IMG/VR virus record: IMGVR_UViG_3300042402_004628
Coordinates: 6,831 to 70,830 of that record
DNA: 64,000 bases
Strand: one strand, 5' to 3'
From: a virus
In this document: piece after piece, positions 1-10,064 of the stretch
Layout: the number at the start of each line of letters is the position of its first letter
How positions within the stretch are numbered: the first letter of the stretch is position 1
Translations under genes and position numbers: made by a program
The notes under the pieces: generated by a model
What the model was told of the DNA's origin: nothing
The model's database searches: none
What the model saw: only the letters and a program-made list of their open reading frames with translations

Positions 1-378
1 GCTATTCCAGATAAAACCGTTTCATCGTAAAATTCGATTTCAACCAATCCGTTATTTTGAATGGCCTGTTTTATCACATCCTCATCACCATCTGCGATAT
101 AAGTGGAAAATAAGAATTTTCTAGCATCATCGAAATAACGATCCAAATGAATTCTTTGACCAGGTTTAATAACCAAGCCCCTGTTTGAGATGTAATTACC
201 GTTTAATTTTATTTTCGCTAAAACCGAAATTGTTTTCGGATTAAATACCTCGATCTCAAATTGATCTTGGTTGTCAAGATAAACAACACCATCGTGCTGT
301 TTGATTCTGTTTTTGCCTTTTGTGATGTAGGCTTCTGGGTTCGGGTTTAAACCGAACGAATAGTTTGTTGTGTACATT
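1..378 (-). CDS. hypothetical protein, 3' part (start codon at 376-378; the gene runs off the window start)
   Basis: Reverse translation from ATG at 378 (MYTTNYSFGLNPNPEAYITKGKNRIK...) stays open to position 1. Confidence 0.5.
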
Positions 379-508
379 TTTTTTCTCGTTTTATTTTTAT
401 TATACTAACCTTTTTGTCGCTCATCACGACTCAAGGGCAACAAGTACCCAAGGTTAATAGCCACACGAGGCTTTCATATAAATATATGAAGCTTTAAAAT
501 GTAATCAA

Positions 509-1111
509 TTAATATTCAAAAATAATTTTATTTGGTTGTAATCTACCGCTGATGGCTTGAGTATAAAAAGCATCGCCACTTTCATAAGTTCTATTAGATT
601 CAAATACAACCTCAGTATCCATTGATGGAATTTCAATATTTTTTCCACCCAAATCCATAGTCCCACTTAAAGTGTTTGTTTTTAAACCACTTCTATCGAA
701 CTCTAATTCAAAGTCTTTCTCAAAAGAATCATCATCACCAGTTAATTCCAATGAGCCATAAATCAAAACACTAATAGGTGATAAATAAACATCTTTAATA
801 CCATATGACCTGTATTCTATTTCAATTGAATAGTTGGCAACGGCCCCACGAAATGTTATATATGTGTCATACTCAACACCATCCACAATCACAGTTGCCC
901 CCCTTGTCCCTGGTTTTGCTATGTTTTTAAATAAAGCTTCCATATCGATATCTAGATCAATATCGGAACCACTTTTCAATTCGTTTCTAAAAACATTATT
1001 AGATGCGTCAGCCTCATTCATATTAGCTGATTCGTTAGATTGTTTGTCTTTTTGTTTTTTACTGAGTATGGCAGCAAATTGAGTTTCAGATATTCTATAT
1101 GTTTTTTTCAT
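509..1111 (-). CDS. hypothetical protein
   Basis: ORF track 200 aa; no recognisable motif. Confidence 0.5.
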   Translation of the reverse strand: MKKTYRISETQFAAILSKKQKDKQSNESANMNEADASNNVFRNELKSGSDIDLDIDMEALFKNIAKPGTRGATVIVDGVEYDTYITFRGAVANYSIEIEYRSYGIKDVYLSPISVLIYGSLELTGDDDSFEKDFELEFDRSGLKTNTLSGTMDLGGKNIEIPSMDTEVVFESNRTYESGDAFYTQAISGRLQPNKIIFEY

Positions 1112-1137
1112 ACTTTTTTACATATAAATATCAACAA

Positions 1138-1710
1138 CTACGATATAAGTTCAATAAAGTCACCCAAATTCGAAGATATTGGTGTTAATCTTTCAAACCC
1201 GTAAAAACCAGATTTACCCCTCGCTTTATAATAATCCGAAACCAATAAGTCAGATCTGGAATACATATCAATTATATTTGGTGTACCCACACCACATATA
1301 TAAAAATCGGTCTTACTTAACATACAGATAAAAATCGATTTCCGATATGTCTTTTTATAGACCATAGGGAATAATCCATAATTGAATGTGACAACATCTA
1401 TATTTTTTTTGGGTGCAGCTTGATTTAAAAACGAAATTCGATTATCATCAAAAATTTTGTCGTAATCAACTATATTGTATAAACCAAGATGTTGTTCTAA
1501 AACCAAATCACCTGCGGTTTGCATGTAAGTTTTACGATAAATCGTAATTTCTTGCTCAAATAATTTTCTACCTTTGGATTTTTCTCGCTCCTTTATGCGG
1601 TTTCCAATAACAGTCGCTAACTTTGTGCGTCTATCGGTATCAAGGGTCACCTTAGCAAACTTATTGACATAAGGTGTAAAATAATTATCGTATGTAAAAA
1701 TTGAACTCAT
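1138..1710 (-). CDS. hypothetical protein
   Basis: ORF track 190 aa; tightly spaced with the 509-1111 gene. Confidence 0.5.
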   Translation of the reverse strand: MSSIFTYDNYFTPYVNKFAKVTLDTDRRTKLATVIGNRIKEREKSKGRKLFEQEITIYRKTYMQTAGDLVLEQHLGLYNIVDYDKIFDDNRISFLNQAAPKKNIDVVTFNYGLFPMVYKKTYRKSIFICMLSKTDFYICGVGTPNIIDMYSRSDLLVSDYYKARGKSGFYGFERLTPISSNLGDFIELIS

Positions 1711-1780
1711 GGGACAAAATTAATAAAAGGTTTGGTAATAACCAAATTTTTTCATACCTTTGTAGAAAATTAGGTAGAAT

Positions 1781-3166
1781 ATGAGCAAATACACCGAGGA
1801 ACAACTTAAATTTATTAACTATAACGGGAACGATTCTGTTATATTGTCCGCAACCGCTGGTTCAGGTAAAACACACTCAACTGTTGGTAGGTTGAATAAA
1901 ATGATTGAAGATGGAGTCGATCCCAGTCGAATTATCTTCTTTAGTTTCACGAACGATGCTGTTAATGAGCTAAGATCGAGGATAAAACATGACGTTAAAA
2001 TAACCACAATTCATAGCTTCACAAGCTCAATTTTGGGTAAAATGGGGCTTTTTAAGCCAATTGTGACCTTTTATGAGTTTACTAACTGGTATAAGGACAA
2101 ATACAAACCACACCCAAAGGATCCGATGAAAATTAAAATGGATTACGCCAGAAATGTAGATAGATTCTACGAAGAGGGTGCTCAGATATCCGCTGGGTTT
2201 TCAGCTTATAAATTGCAAAATGCGGATAACATCAAAGTCATGAAACCTAGTTTTTATGATGAATATTCGGCTTTCATTAAAGAAACTAAGAGTCGAGATT
2301 TTTCTGATATGTTAATTGATACCGAGAAGTATTCAAGAAATGCTAAATATAAAGGATATTTTGAGAATTTGTATGATTATATTTTCGTTGACGAATACCA
2401 AGACACGTCAACACTTCAAATGAAGATACTATTGGCGATTAAAGCCAAGCAATATCATTTGATTGGTGATAAGAACCAATCAATATATGGGTTTTCTGGT
2501 GCGAATTGTGAAGAAATTGAGAATTTATTAATGAAAAACTCAACAGTAACTCAAATGACACTAACCAAGAATTTCAGGTCAACAAAAAAAATAGTTGAAA
2601 ACTCAAATCGATATAGTAGTCTAGTAGCGGTTCCACATCACGAAGAAGATGGCTACATACATGATAATCTAATCAACGATGTTATGATGTATAACATGAT
2701 GAATGACGGCAAACCTTTAACGGTATTGGCTAGAACAAACAATGTGATAAAAGAAATTGAAAAAGAATGCCTTAAGAAAAAAATTAAAATGCGTTATTTT
2801 AATTTTATATCACCTCAAGACATTGAAAAGATTAATGAGGGTAAAGTTAACCCATCATTAAAGAAAAAAATTGATTCGGTTTCGCCTTACTACGGAAACA
2901 CCTTTAATTTGATTAATTTTATTAAGGAAAATCAAGAATCAGATGTTTTTGTAACTAGTATTCACAAAAGTAAAGGTCGTGAATTCCCAAGATGTATTAT
3001 CATCAATTCAATCGACCCTGATATGTTGGCTGAAACGGACTATGATTTCGAAGAATATAGTTTTTTAACAAATAGTGGTGAGATTAATCAGGAAGCTAAA
3101 AATGTCCACTATGTGGCTGTTACCAGACCAAAAGAAGAATTATACTTCCTAGTGTACGAAAATTAA
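1781..3166 (+). CDS. UvrD/Rep/PcrA-family SF1 DNA helicase
   Basis: Walker A 'SATAGSGKTHS', motif II 'VDEYQDTS', C-terminal 'TSIHKSKGREFP' and 'VHYVAVTRPKEEL' typical of UvrD-like helicases; hairpin terminator follows. Confidence 0.8.
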   Translation: MSKYTEEQLKFINYNGNDSVILSATAGSGKTHSTVGRLNKMIEDGVDPSRIIFFSFTNDAVNELRSRIKHDVKITTIHSFTSSILGKMGLFKPIVTFYEFTNWYKDKYKPHPKDPMKIKMDYARNVDRFYEEGAQISAGFSAYKLQNADNIKVMKPSFYDEYSAFIKETKSRDFSDMLIDTEKYSRNAKYKGYFENLYDYIFVDEYQDTSTLQMKILLAIKAKQYHLIGDKNQSIYGFSGANCEEIENLLMKNSTVTQMTLTKNFRSTKKIVENSNRYSSLVAVPHHEEDGYIHDNLINDVMMYNMMNDGKPLTVLARTNNVIKEIEKECLKKKIKMRYFNFISPQDIEKINEGKVNPSLKKKIDSVSPYYGNTFNLINFIKENQESDVFVTSIHKSKGREFPRCIIINSIDPDMLAETDYDFEEYSFLTNSGEINQEAKNVHYVAVTRPKEELYFLVYEN

Positions 3167-3195
3167 AATGGGGGTTAAAAACCCCCATTTATTAT
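3165..3195 (+). terminator. hairpin terminator after the helicase gene
   Basis: AATGGGGG-TTAAAAA-CCCCCATT. Confidence 0.5.
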
Positions 3196-3349
3196 CTTCT
3201 TCCCTGTCCAGCGTACCTTTTTTTATAATTTTTTGACGCCTTATGTTTGCTTGCTTTTGTTTTTGAGTGAACGCCAGGTCTTTTTCTTTTTGGGTTAGAC
3301 CTAAAAAGTTTTGCGTTTGAAGTTGATCCCCCTTTTTTAGCTGCCATAA

Positions 3350-4525
3350 TTAAATGTAATTAATAATCTTTTTAAATCTATTAATCGCCTCGTTAAGTTT
3401 CTCATCTTCTTCGTAAACTTTACCTTCAGCACCAGCTCTCATTTTCATAAAAGAACCCTCTTCTTTAACTTCTTCCTGACCACCCTCTTCCATTGGCTTA
3501 TCTTCACCTTCAGCAAAAGTACCGTCTTCTCTTACAGCGCCCGATTCAATATCATCCATACTTGGTACAGCGTATTTGTTAGTCTCTTGTTCTTCGTAAT
3601 CTTTTATCATAGCTTCAATCTCATCAACACCATCTTGAGCGTTTTTGGTGAAACCTGTTAGTCTGCTATAAGCATTACTCAACCACTGTTTAACTTTTCC
3701 GAACATTTCTTCAACACCCTCAAAAACTTTCGAACCATCAATCTTTAATTGGCCTTTAACCTTTGAGGCTACTTTAGAGTTTTCTAAAATTTGTTCAAGA
3801 ACTTTTCTAGTGTTCTCGTTAACTTTTGTTAACGCAGTCTCAAACGCATCTTTATATGATGTTGTTAATTTTTCAGATTCCTGGATTATTTCAACCAACA
3901 TCTCATCTATTGAAATTTTTAGTTTTTCGGCACCTTGGGTCTGACCTTTAAATGCATCCATAACCTCTGGAACCAAAGCGCTTTTTTGTGTTTCCAAATC
4001 AGCTATTGATTCTTTATAAGTTTTTAACGCCTCATCTAATTGAGTTTGAATTGTTTTTAATTCAGCTATTTTTTGGTTAATTGTATTTTCCATATTTTCA
4101 TTTATATTTTTTTTATCGTCATTGGTTTTAACACCAATCTTGGTGGTTTTACCCCAAACTGATGTTCTTATTTTACCCTGTTTGTTTTTTAATGTCACCT
4201 CAACTTTTCCACTCGGCGTTTTAGCCCCACTTGAAACTGAAACTATTTCTTCACCACTGGTAATTATATCACCCTTTTTTAAGTATTGGGCTTCTTTTCG
4301 ATCAACACCTTCCTGTAAACTTTTTTCATCTTTATCAATACCCATGGCAACTCTAAAATCATTATAATCGTAAGCCAAGTCGGTTGCATATCTGTAAACG
4401 GCTATATCAATTTTACCGTCTGGGTATTTACCCCAGCAATACACCCATTTCTCACCACCCATTTCAAATGGCGTTTCATCTCTGTATGGTTTGTAATATT
4501 CAACAACATCCATAGTACTTCTCAT
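3350..4525 (-). CDS. coiled-coil protein (possible scaffold or structural role)
   Basis: 391 aa; long heptad-like K/E-rich central region; no enzymatic motif. Confidence 0.5.
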   Translation of the reverse strand: MRSTMDVVEYYKPYRDETPFEMGGEKWVYCWGKYPDGKIDIAVYRYATDLAYDYNDFRVAMGIDKDEKSLQEGVDRKEAQYLKKGDIITSGEEIVSVSSGAKTPSGKVEVTLKNKQGKIRTSVWGKTTKIGVKTNDDKKNINENMENTINQKIAELKTIQTQLDEALKTYKESIADLETQKSALVPEVMDAFKGQTQGAEKLKISIDEMLVEIIQESEKLTTSYKDAFETALTKVNENTRKVLEQILENSKVASKVKGQLKIDGSKVFEGVEEMFGKVKQWLSNAYSRLTGFTKNAQDGVDEIEAMIKDYEEQETNKYAVPSMDDIESGAVREDGTFAEGEDKPMEEGGQEEVKEEGSFMKMRAGAEGKVYEEDEKLNEAINRFKKIINYI

Positions 4526-5002
4526 AATGTGATATTTTAATGATAAATAGTTTGCTTTTAATTAAAGTTTCGTATATTTACATATAAATAAACCTTACCA
4601 CTATGACGTATTTTTTTTATTCAAAAAATGACAAAAAAAGAGAACCGATTAAAACTTTAAATAATATTGGTTCAAGGCTAGCTGCGGCAAAATATTTTTC
4701 AGAGTTAAAAAAATTATCTCTTAAAGAGTTTTTGAAAGTTTTTTCTATTTCCAGGTAAAATGGGTTTTAATAAAAGGCATATAGATTTTGAAAGGATAAA
4801 AAGTCATTACAAGCAAGATGGTATTGAATCTTTAAAACTTTTATTCTCTCCTAAAGTTGATGCTTATATTTTTTCGGATATGATTTCTCACAAAATTTAT
4901 GAAATGTTTGAGAATAAAGAATATAGAAAAATATCGTGCCTTATCAGAATTGATTAAAAATCTTTTACTAAACGGTGATATATTTATTCCAAAAATAAAT
5001 AA

Positions 5003-5239
5003 ATGCACGGAAAAACCATAAAACAACTTTTAGCATTAAAAGAAGAACTCAATTCAATTTTAGAAACTCGTAGTGAGAAATTATTAGAATCAACCAAATC
5101 ATCTTATCTTCAAGAAGAATTACAAAGAAACATTGTCGATTACATCTCAGAAACAATTGACCAGATCGATATGATTATGGACAACATCGAAGGTGGTGAA
5201 TATGATGAGAACGATAATGAAGAGTTAGATGATTATTAA
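5003..5239 (+). CDS. small acidic protein
   Basis: 78 aa, D/E-rich C-terminus; terminator hairpin at 5285-5314. Confidence 0.45.
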   Translation: MHGKTIKQLLALKEELNSILETRSEKLLESTKSSYLQEELQRNIVDYISETIDQIDMIMDNIEGGEYDENDNEELDDY

Positions 5240-5284
5240 GATATTCCACCTTAGAGTGGTATTTTAGGATCGTTCATGGTTATG

Positions 5285-5314
5285 GACAAACTAAGGTCGG
5301 AATTCGCTACTCCG
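5285..5314 (+). terminator. intrinsic terminator
   Basis: GGTCGGAATTCGCTACTCCGACC + T6. Confidence 0.6.
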
Positions 5315-5359
5315 ACCTTTTTTATTTGCGCTGGATATTTATCTAAGTAACACATTTCA

Positions 5360-5977
5360 ATGAATCATCATATCGAAGACGAATTAAAACAAAAGTACCC
5401 AGACATCAGGTTTGAGTTATACCCAAATGAAAAGCACAAAAGGATATATCTCACTGGATTTATGGTTCCACCTAACATGCGTGGAACTGGTATTGGTACT
5501 TCTTTTATGAACGATTTAACAAGTCTTGCTGATCAACACGGTTATAAATTAACATTAACACCATCAAGCAGTTATGGTGGAAATGTGAACAGATTGAAAG
5601 ATTTCTACCAGAGATTTGGTTTTGTTTTTAATAAAGGTGATAATCGTGATTTCACACACAAGGAAGATATGTACAGGGATCCTAAGATTAATGAAGAGGA
5701 TTCGTCAAGCACATCGAGCACATCAAGTGGTTCAAGTGGTGGGACATCAGCCTCAAATAGTCCAGTACCAGATAGAGTTAAAAAAGGAAAAGCAAATCCA
5801 ATATCAAATACTGGTAAATACGAATTTGGTACAACCAGAGGAAAAGCAAATCCAATATCAAATACTGGTGCTTATGACTTTGGAACAAATCGTGGCCCAG
5901 CAAACCCAATATCAGAAAATAAAAATAATCGCCTGGATGAGGCGATTATTAATATGAAAAAATTGATTAATTTTTAA
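5360..5977 (+). CDS. GNAT-like N-acetyltransferase domain protein with three C-terminal tandem peptide repeats
   Basis: GNAT motif A-like 'MRGTGIGTSFM'; three ~18-aa repeats 'KANPISNTG.Y.FGT.RG' encoded by a 54-nt period at 5786-5920. Confidence 0.5.
   Translation: MNHHIEDELKQKYPDIRFELYPNEKHKRIYLTGFMVPPNMRGTGIGTSFMNDLTSLADQHGYKLTLTPSSSYGGNVNRLKDFYQRFGFVFNKGDNRDFTHKEDMYRDPKINEEDSSSTSSTSSGSSGGTSASNSPVPDRVKKGKANPISNTGKYEFGTTRGKANPISNTGAYDFGTNRGPANPISENKNNRLDEAIINMKKLINF
5786..5920 (+). repeat. three tandem 54-nt coding repeats inside the GNAT-like gene
   Basis: GGAAAAGCAAATCCAATATCAAATACTGGT repeated at 5786 and 5840; diverged third copy at 5894. Confidence 0.8.
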
Positions 5978-5978
5978 T

Positions 5979-7073
5979 TTAAGACCATTTGTTTAACATT
6001 TGGTAATTGTGAACTTCGTTCCATTTATTTGCGTCATAATTACCCCCTTTCCAATATTGGAATGAACCTATTCTTATATCACCCCCAGCTGTTAAGCCCA
6101 ATCTGAAAATATTATCAAATATCAGTTCAGTTGTTCCAACTTGTTGTACATAATTTTCATTACTATCATCAGCAATAAATAGTTGACCAGCATCGTTTCT
6201 ACCAAAAATAAGGGTTATCCAAGTATTAACTTGTGCACTCATTGATACGGTATCAGCACCCATAGTAAATTGGTATACGTTTGTAGCAATATCATATCTA
6301 AGTCTCGTAATCCCCCCATCAGCATAAATTATTGCTGGTGAATTACTGGCCTGCGGTGTGAATCTGAGCCTCAACGCAAACATAAAAGACTCACCAGATG
6401 AAGTATTAAGGGGTGCTATATATGAAGCCGCATTGGATGAATCTAAATCTATGTATAAATTTGCCGCATTAAATCTTCTATTATAAGTTGAATTATCGCC
6501 CGCGGTTTGTATTGATGTGGAGATATTTCCAGCGACATTTTTTGTAAACCATCTTTCTATTACACCATCAGTTGCTTGAACCAAATCGTAACATTTTGTT
6601 AAATTAGTCTCAAGAATGTCGCAATTAAGATTACCGAAATCAATATTTAACATTAAATTAGGGGTGTCAGCGTATTTGTATTTTGATAAATCAGCCAAAA
6701 AATGATTTAAATTTTCATTTTCAATAACGTATCTTTTGGCAACATCCACGTCACTATAATACGTGCCATCAATTTTTATTGAATGCAAACTATTAATTAT
6801 GTGTACAATTTCCGCATTGGTTTTACCAGTGACGTGATATGTTGGAATCGTGGGCTCACCGCCAACACCTTCTACATTTCCTCTTGATACGATATAATAT
6901 TTTTCGCCACCAAAATTACCCGCAGGATAACCTGGTCTCCAAGTAAGACCCGTTGAATTTCCGTCTTGAAAATTAAACCCTTCATTAATGTGGCCATAGC
7001 AATATTTACCAATTCTATGATATTGATCAATCGTTGGTGCGGTACCGTATTGTATAGTTACTGGAACTGACAT
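5979..7073 (-). CDS. hypothetical protein (possible virion or fibre protein)
   Basis: 364 aa, G/N/T/S-rich beta-type composition; divergent from the 7137 gene. Confidence 0.45.
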   Translation of the reverse strand: MSVPVTIQYGTAPTIDQYHRIGKYCYGHINEGFNFQDGNSTGLTWRPGYPAGNFGGEKYYIVSRGNVEGVGGEPTIPTYHVTGKTNAEIVHIINSLHSIKIDGTYYSDVDVAKRYVIENENLNHFLADLSKYKYADTPNLMLNIDFGNLNCDILETNLTKCYDLVQATDGVIERWFTKNVAGNISTSIQTAGDNSTYNRRFNAANLYIDLDSSNAASYIAPLNTSSGESFMFALRLRFTPQASNSPAIIYADGGITRLRYDIATNVYQFTMGADTVSMSAQVNTWITLIFGRNDAGQLFIADDSNENYVQQVGTTELIFDNIFRLGLTAGGDIRIGSFQYWKGGNYDANKWNEVHNYQMLNKWS

Positions 7074-7136
7074 AATTTAATATTTTACAATAAATAGTAT
7101 TAAAGTTTAAAATAACTCGAGATATTTATATTATAT

Positions 7137-7850
7137 ATGAATTTAAACGAGCAGATATTAAGAATGAAAACCATGATCGGTTTATCCGAGGTTACCATTC
7201 CACAATCAATTAAAAAATCGGTTGGTGATGTTTTGTTTGGTTCAAATCCAATAATTGCAAAAATTCAAAACAAACCAATTGAAAAGAATACCCCATACGA
7301 GGATAACCTGGTTGACAAAATAAAGGATTGGACATTTCAATCAACAGAAAAATCCGAGATGGGCGTTGTATCAACAATATCCGATTTAATTAAACTAAAA
7401 AAATATTTTCCAGAGGTTCTCAACCCACCGTATGGTGAAAAAGTTTACAGAGGAACATCGGTTAAATTACCAGAGCTATCCAAATTCATAAAAGAAAACC
7501 CAGAACATGATGTTTTGGATAACGGTGCGGTTAAATTTAAAACACCCTACCAGTATACCCCAAAAAGAGAAGTTAGTAGTTGGAGTGCATCCTTGTTCTA
7601 CGCATCATCATTTCAGGGCAAATCATTCGAGAGTGCTGTGAATGTCCCAGTTATTTTTGAAACAACTGTCGATGACACATTCATTATGAATCCAAAAGTT
7701 ATGAACATCATATTTAAATCAACGGGCGGTGTTCACCAGGATTTTATAAGGGACGAGGACGAGATTATGAAGTACAACCCGAGTGGTACTTACCATCTAA
7801 TTTTGTCAGAAGACGAATACGAAATATTCGCACCAAATGCCGAGGTCTAA
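7137..7850 (+). CDS. hypothetical protein; member of the shared N-terminal leader family
   Basis: N-terminus 'MNLNEQILRMKTMIGLSE' matches leaders of the 9075-9692, 10065-11639 and 12454-13137 genes. Confidence 0.6.
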   Translation: MNLNEQILRMKTMIGLSEVTIPQSIKKSVGDVLFGSNPIIAKIQNKPIEKNTPYEDNLVDKIKDWTFQSTEKSEMGVVSTISDLIKLKKYFPEVLNPPYGEKVYRGTSVKLPELSKFIKENPEHDVLDNGAVKFKTPYQYTPKREVSSWSASLFYASSFQGKSFESAVNVPVIFETTVDDTFIMNPKVMNIIFKSTGGVHQDFIRDEDEIMKYNPSGTYHLILSEDEYEIFAPNAEV

Positions 7851-7937
7851 AACCGCCGAAGGCGGTTGCGAAAAAATTTTTCTTTTAAATGAATTTTTCT
7901 TATTTTTGTGATATATATGTAAAATAATCAGAATATA

Positions 7938-8120
7938 ATGTCGATGACCAACGAAGAAATAGCAGAAGAAATCTACCACCAAGCGTTTGATCTCGGATTT
8001 ATCGATTTACTTCGTGAAAAGGTTGGTTATATTTACAAAACAACGCATGTGAAAGATCACAGTGATGTTGTGCAAAAAGCATATAATTTATTGGTTACAG
8101 AAGGTTTGATACAACTATGA
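7938..8120 (+). CDS. small hypothetical protein
   Basis: 60 aa ORF followed by hairpin+T-run at 8167-8197. Confidence 0.45.
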   Translation: MSMTNEEIAEEIYHQAFDLGFIDLLREKVGYIYKTTHVKDHSDVVQKAYNLLVTEGLIQL

Positions 8121-8166
8121 GATTCAGAAGAAAATACAATAACAATAATAATAAAATAGTAATTGG

Positions 8167-8197
8167 AAATCCTGTCATTTGACAGGATTTTTTTTTG
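8167..8197 (+). terminator. intrinsic terminator
   Basis: AATCCTGTCATTTGACAGGATT + T9. Confidence 0.65.
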
Positions 8198-9040
8198 CGC
8201 CAAAAATTAAACAAAAAAAAACAAATGAAAAACACAGAAACTTACAATGAACTCGTGCAGAAGATGCGCAAATTCTTTCTTGAAAGAGGATTCAAGGAAG
8301 TGCCAACACAATCAAGATTATCAATTCTCGCGGCTTGTGAGAACCCACACTCGGTTAAAACGTTCGAGTATGGTGGTTTGATCTGGCCGTTGCCACAGAC
8401 TGGACAGATGTGGCTTGAGTATGAGTTGTTAAAGAATCCAGAATGGAATGGCGTATTTTGCGTATCAACATCGTACAGAGAAGAAAAGAACCCAATCCCA
8501 GGAAGGCATGAGCTTATCTTCCCAATGTTTGAGTTTGAGTCAAAGGGAACCATGGAGGATTTAATCAAAATGGAAGGCGACCTTTTGGCTTATCTTGGAT
8601 TTGGTGATGAGATGGTTCAAGTTAAATACGATGATGTGTGTGAGGAATACGGTGGGGTACCAATTCTTGAGGATGAGCATGAATCCAGAATGTGGAATGA
8701 AAAGGGTAATGTTGTTTCATTACAACACTTCCCAATCAGAACAAATCCATTCTGGAACATGAAACACAATAACGATGGGATTTTCAACAAGGTTGATGTG
8801 ATTCTTTACGGACAGGAAACAATTGGATCCGCCGAGAGAAGCTGCGATGTTGAGAAGATGAGAGAAATGTTTTATGCTATTGAGAACGGTGCGTATTGCG
8901 CCAAGTTGTTCGAGTTATTCGGAAAAGAAAGGGTTGAGGCTGAGCTTGAGGAATTCTTGAAGCACAATTTCTTCCCAAGATATGGTGGTGGAATCGGGAT
9001 GACCAGAATGGCCAGAGCGTATGAGTTATTAAAGAAATAA
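8195..9040 (+). CDS. class II aminoacyl-tRNA synthetase catalytic-core-like / asparagine synthetase A (AsnA)-like protein
   Basis: motif-2-like 'STSYREEKNPIPGRHELIFPMFEFES' and motif-3-like 'GGGIGMTRMARAYELL' (compare AsnA 'GGGIGQSRL'); 281 aa with no anticodon-binding domain. Confidence 0.55.
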   Translation: MRQKLNKKKQMKNTETYNELVQKMRKFFLERGFKEVPTQSRLSILAACENPHSVKTFEYGGLIWPLPQTGQMWLEYELLKNPEWNGVFCVSTSYREEKNPIPGRHELIFPMFEFESKGTMEDLIKMEGDLLAYLGFGDEMVQVKYDDVCEEYGGVPILEDEHESRMWNEKGNVVSLQHFPIRTNPFWNMKHNNDGIFNKVDVILYGQETIGSAERSCDVEKMREMFYAIENGAYCAKLFELFGKERVEAELEEFLKHNFFPRYGGGIGMTRMARAYELLKK

Positions 9041-9070
9041 AAAAAGGGGCGAAAGCCCCTTTTTCTTTTT
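9041..9070. terminator. bidirectional terminator between convergent genes
   Basis: A-run GGGGCGAAAGCCCC T-run. Confidence 0.65.
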
Positions 9071-9074
9071 ATCT

Positions 9075-9692
9075 TTAATCTTCTCCGCCCCAATCTTTAT
9101 AATCACCAAATCTTTCGTTGTCTTCATAACCAGCGTTGTACGCTTCGATTTCTTCTGGTGTTAAATCGGTGATTCTCTCACCTTTGTAAGTTCCTTCTGG
9201 ATACTTATGTGGGCTCTTGGGTCTTCTGTAATATGAATCGGCGTGACCGCGATCATATGGTGATCCGTGCGAATCATCGTATTTCTCACTTCTACCCTCC
9301 TGAAATATTTCAGTTCTTGGTTCATCGTAATGATCCAACTTACCTATTGGGTAACGTTCGCCCGTCTCAGCGTTGTATTTAATGATTATCTTACCATCAT
9401 CACTATCACCTATAAAATAATGTACATTATCATCAGCTAAACTATAATATAATGGTCTGTCATAATCATCAAACTCTCTTTGAACAACTTTTTCACCACT
9501 TGCGGATTCGATCGCGGCTTTTTCGAAATCGAAATCACTTTCCATTTCCTCGCCACCTCTTTCGGAATTATAGTTAAAAATATCATCGGTGTATGCATTT
9601 GGATTATCCACCTTTGATAGATCAATTTCTTCATTAAGACCCATTATTTTGCGGAGTCTCGCAATTTCTTCATTTAATGTATTCTTTTTCAT
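9075..9692 (-). CDS. acidic hypothetical protein; shared N-terminal leader family (start moved to second ATG)
   Basis: 'MKKNTLNEEIARLRKIMGLNEE' leader; D/E/Y-rich body; ORF track start 9749 is an upstream extension. Confidence 0.55.
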   Translation of the reverse strand: MKKNTLNEEIARLRKIMGLNEEIDLSKVDNPNAYTDDIFNYNSERGGEEMESDFDFEKAAIESASGEKVVQREFDDYDRPLYYSLADDNVHYFIGDSDDGKIIIKYNAETGERYPIGKLDHYDEPRTEIFQEGRSEKYDDSHGSPYDRGHADSYYRRPKSPHKYPEGTYKGERITDLTPEEIEAYNAGYEDNERFGDYKDWGGED

Positions 9693-9741
9693 AGAAAAAA
9701 ACAATTTATTGATAAATAGTTTGTCAAATCCAAAAATATTT

Positions 9742-10056
9742 ATGAACATGGTAAAACTTTTTGAGAGAATACATATCCCATTGTGGATCGCAAAGGATAT
9801 GTTCTGGATGTTGGGTCAGGGCGAACTCTCATTGGCTTTCGCGATACCAACCATAATATTATCAACAATACTCATAACAGTAAAACAGGGGTCGGAAAGG
9901 TGGCTCGAGATGATGATGGCCTTTTGGTTATCAGCCAATACCTTATGGATGTCCCACGAGCTTTTTCATACGGACACAAAAGAAATTGCATTAACCTGTT
10001 TTTTATTTGGCATTTTAACAATTCCAATCTATTTATTAAAGATAAAAGAAGAATAA
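9742..10056 (+). CDS. small multi-pass membrane protein
   Basis: In-frame ATG at 9742 inside track ORF 9589-10056; three hydrophobic segments. Confidence 0.45.
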   Translation: MNMVKLFERIHIPLWIAKDMFWMLGQGELSLAFAIPTIILSTILITVKQGSERWLEMMMAFWLSANTLWMSHELFHTDTKEIALTCFLFGILTIPIYLLKIKEE

Positions 10057-10064
10057 AACTAGTT

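Noticed and set aside
9783-10064. Upstream extension of the ParB-Nudix ORF to 9783
   Set aside because: It would overlap the membrane-protein gene (9742-10056) in another frame. The ATG at 10065 gives the shared N-terminal leader.
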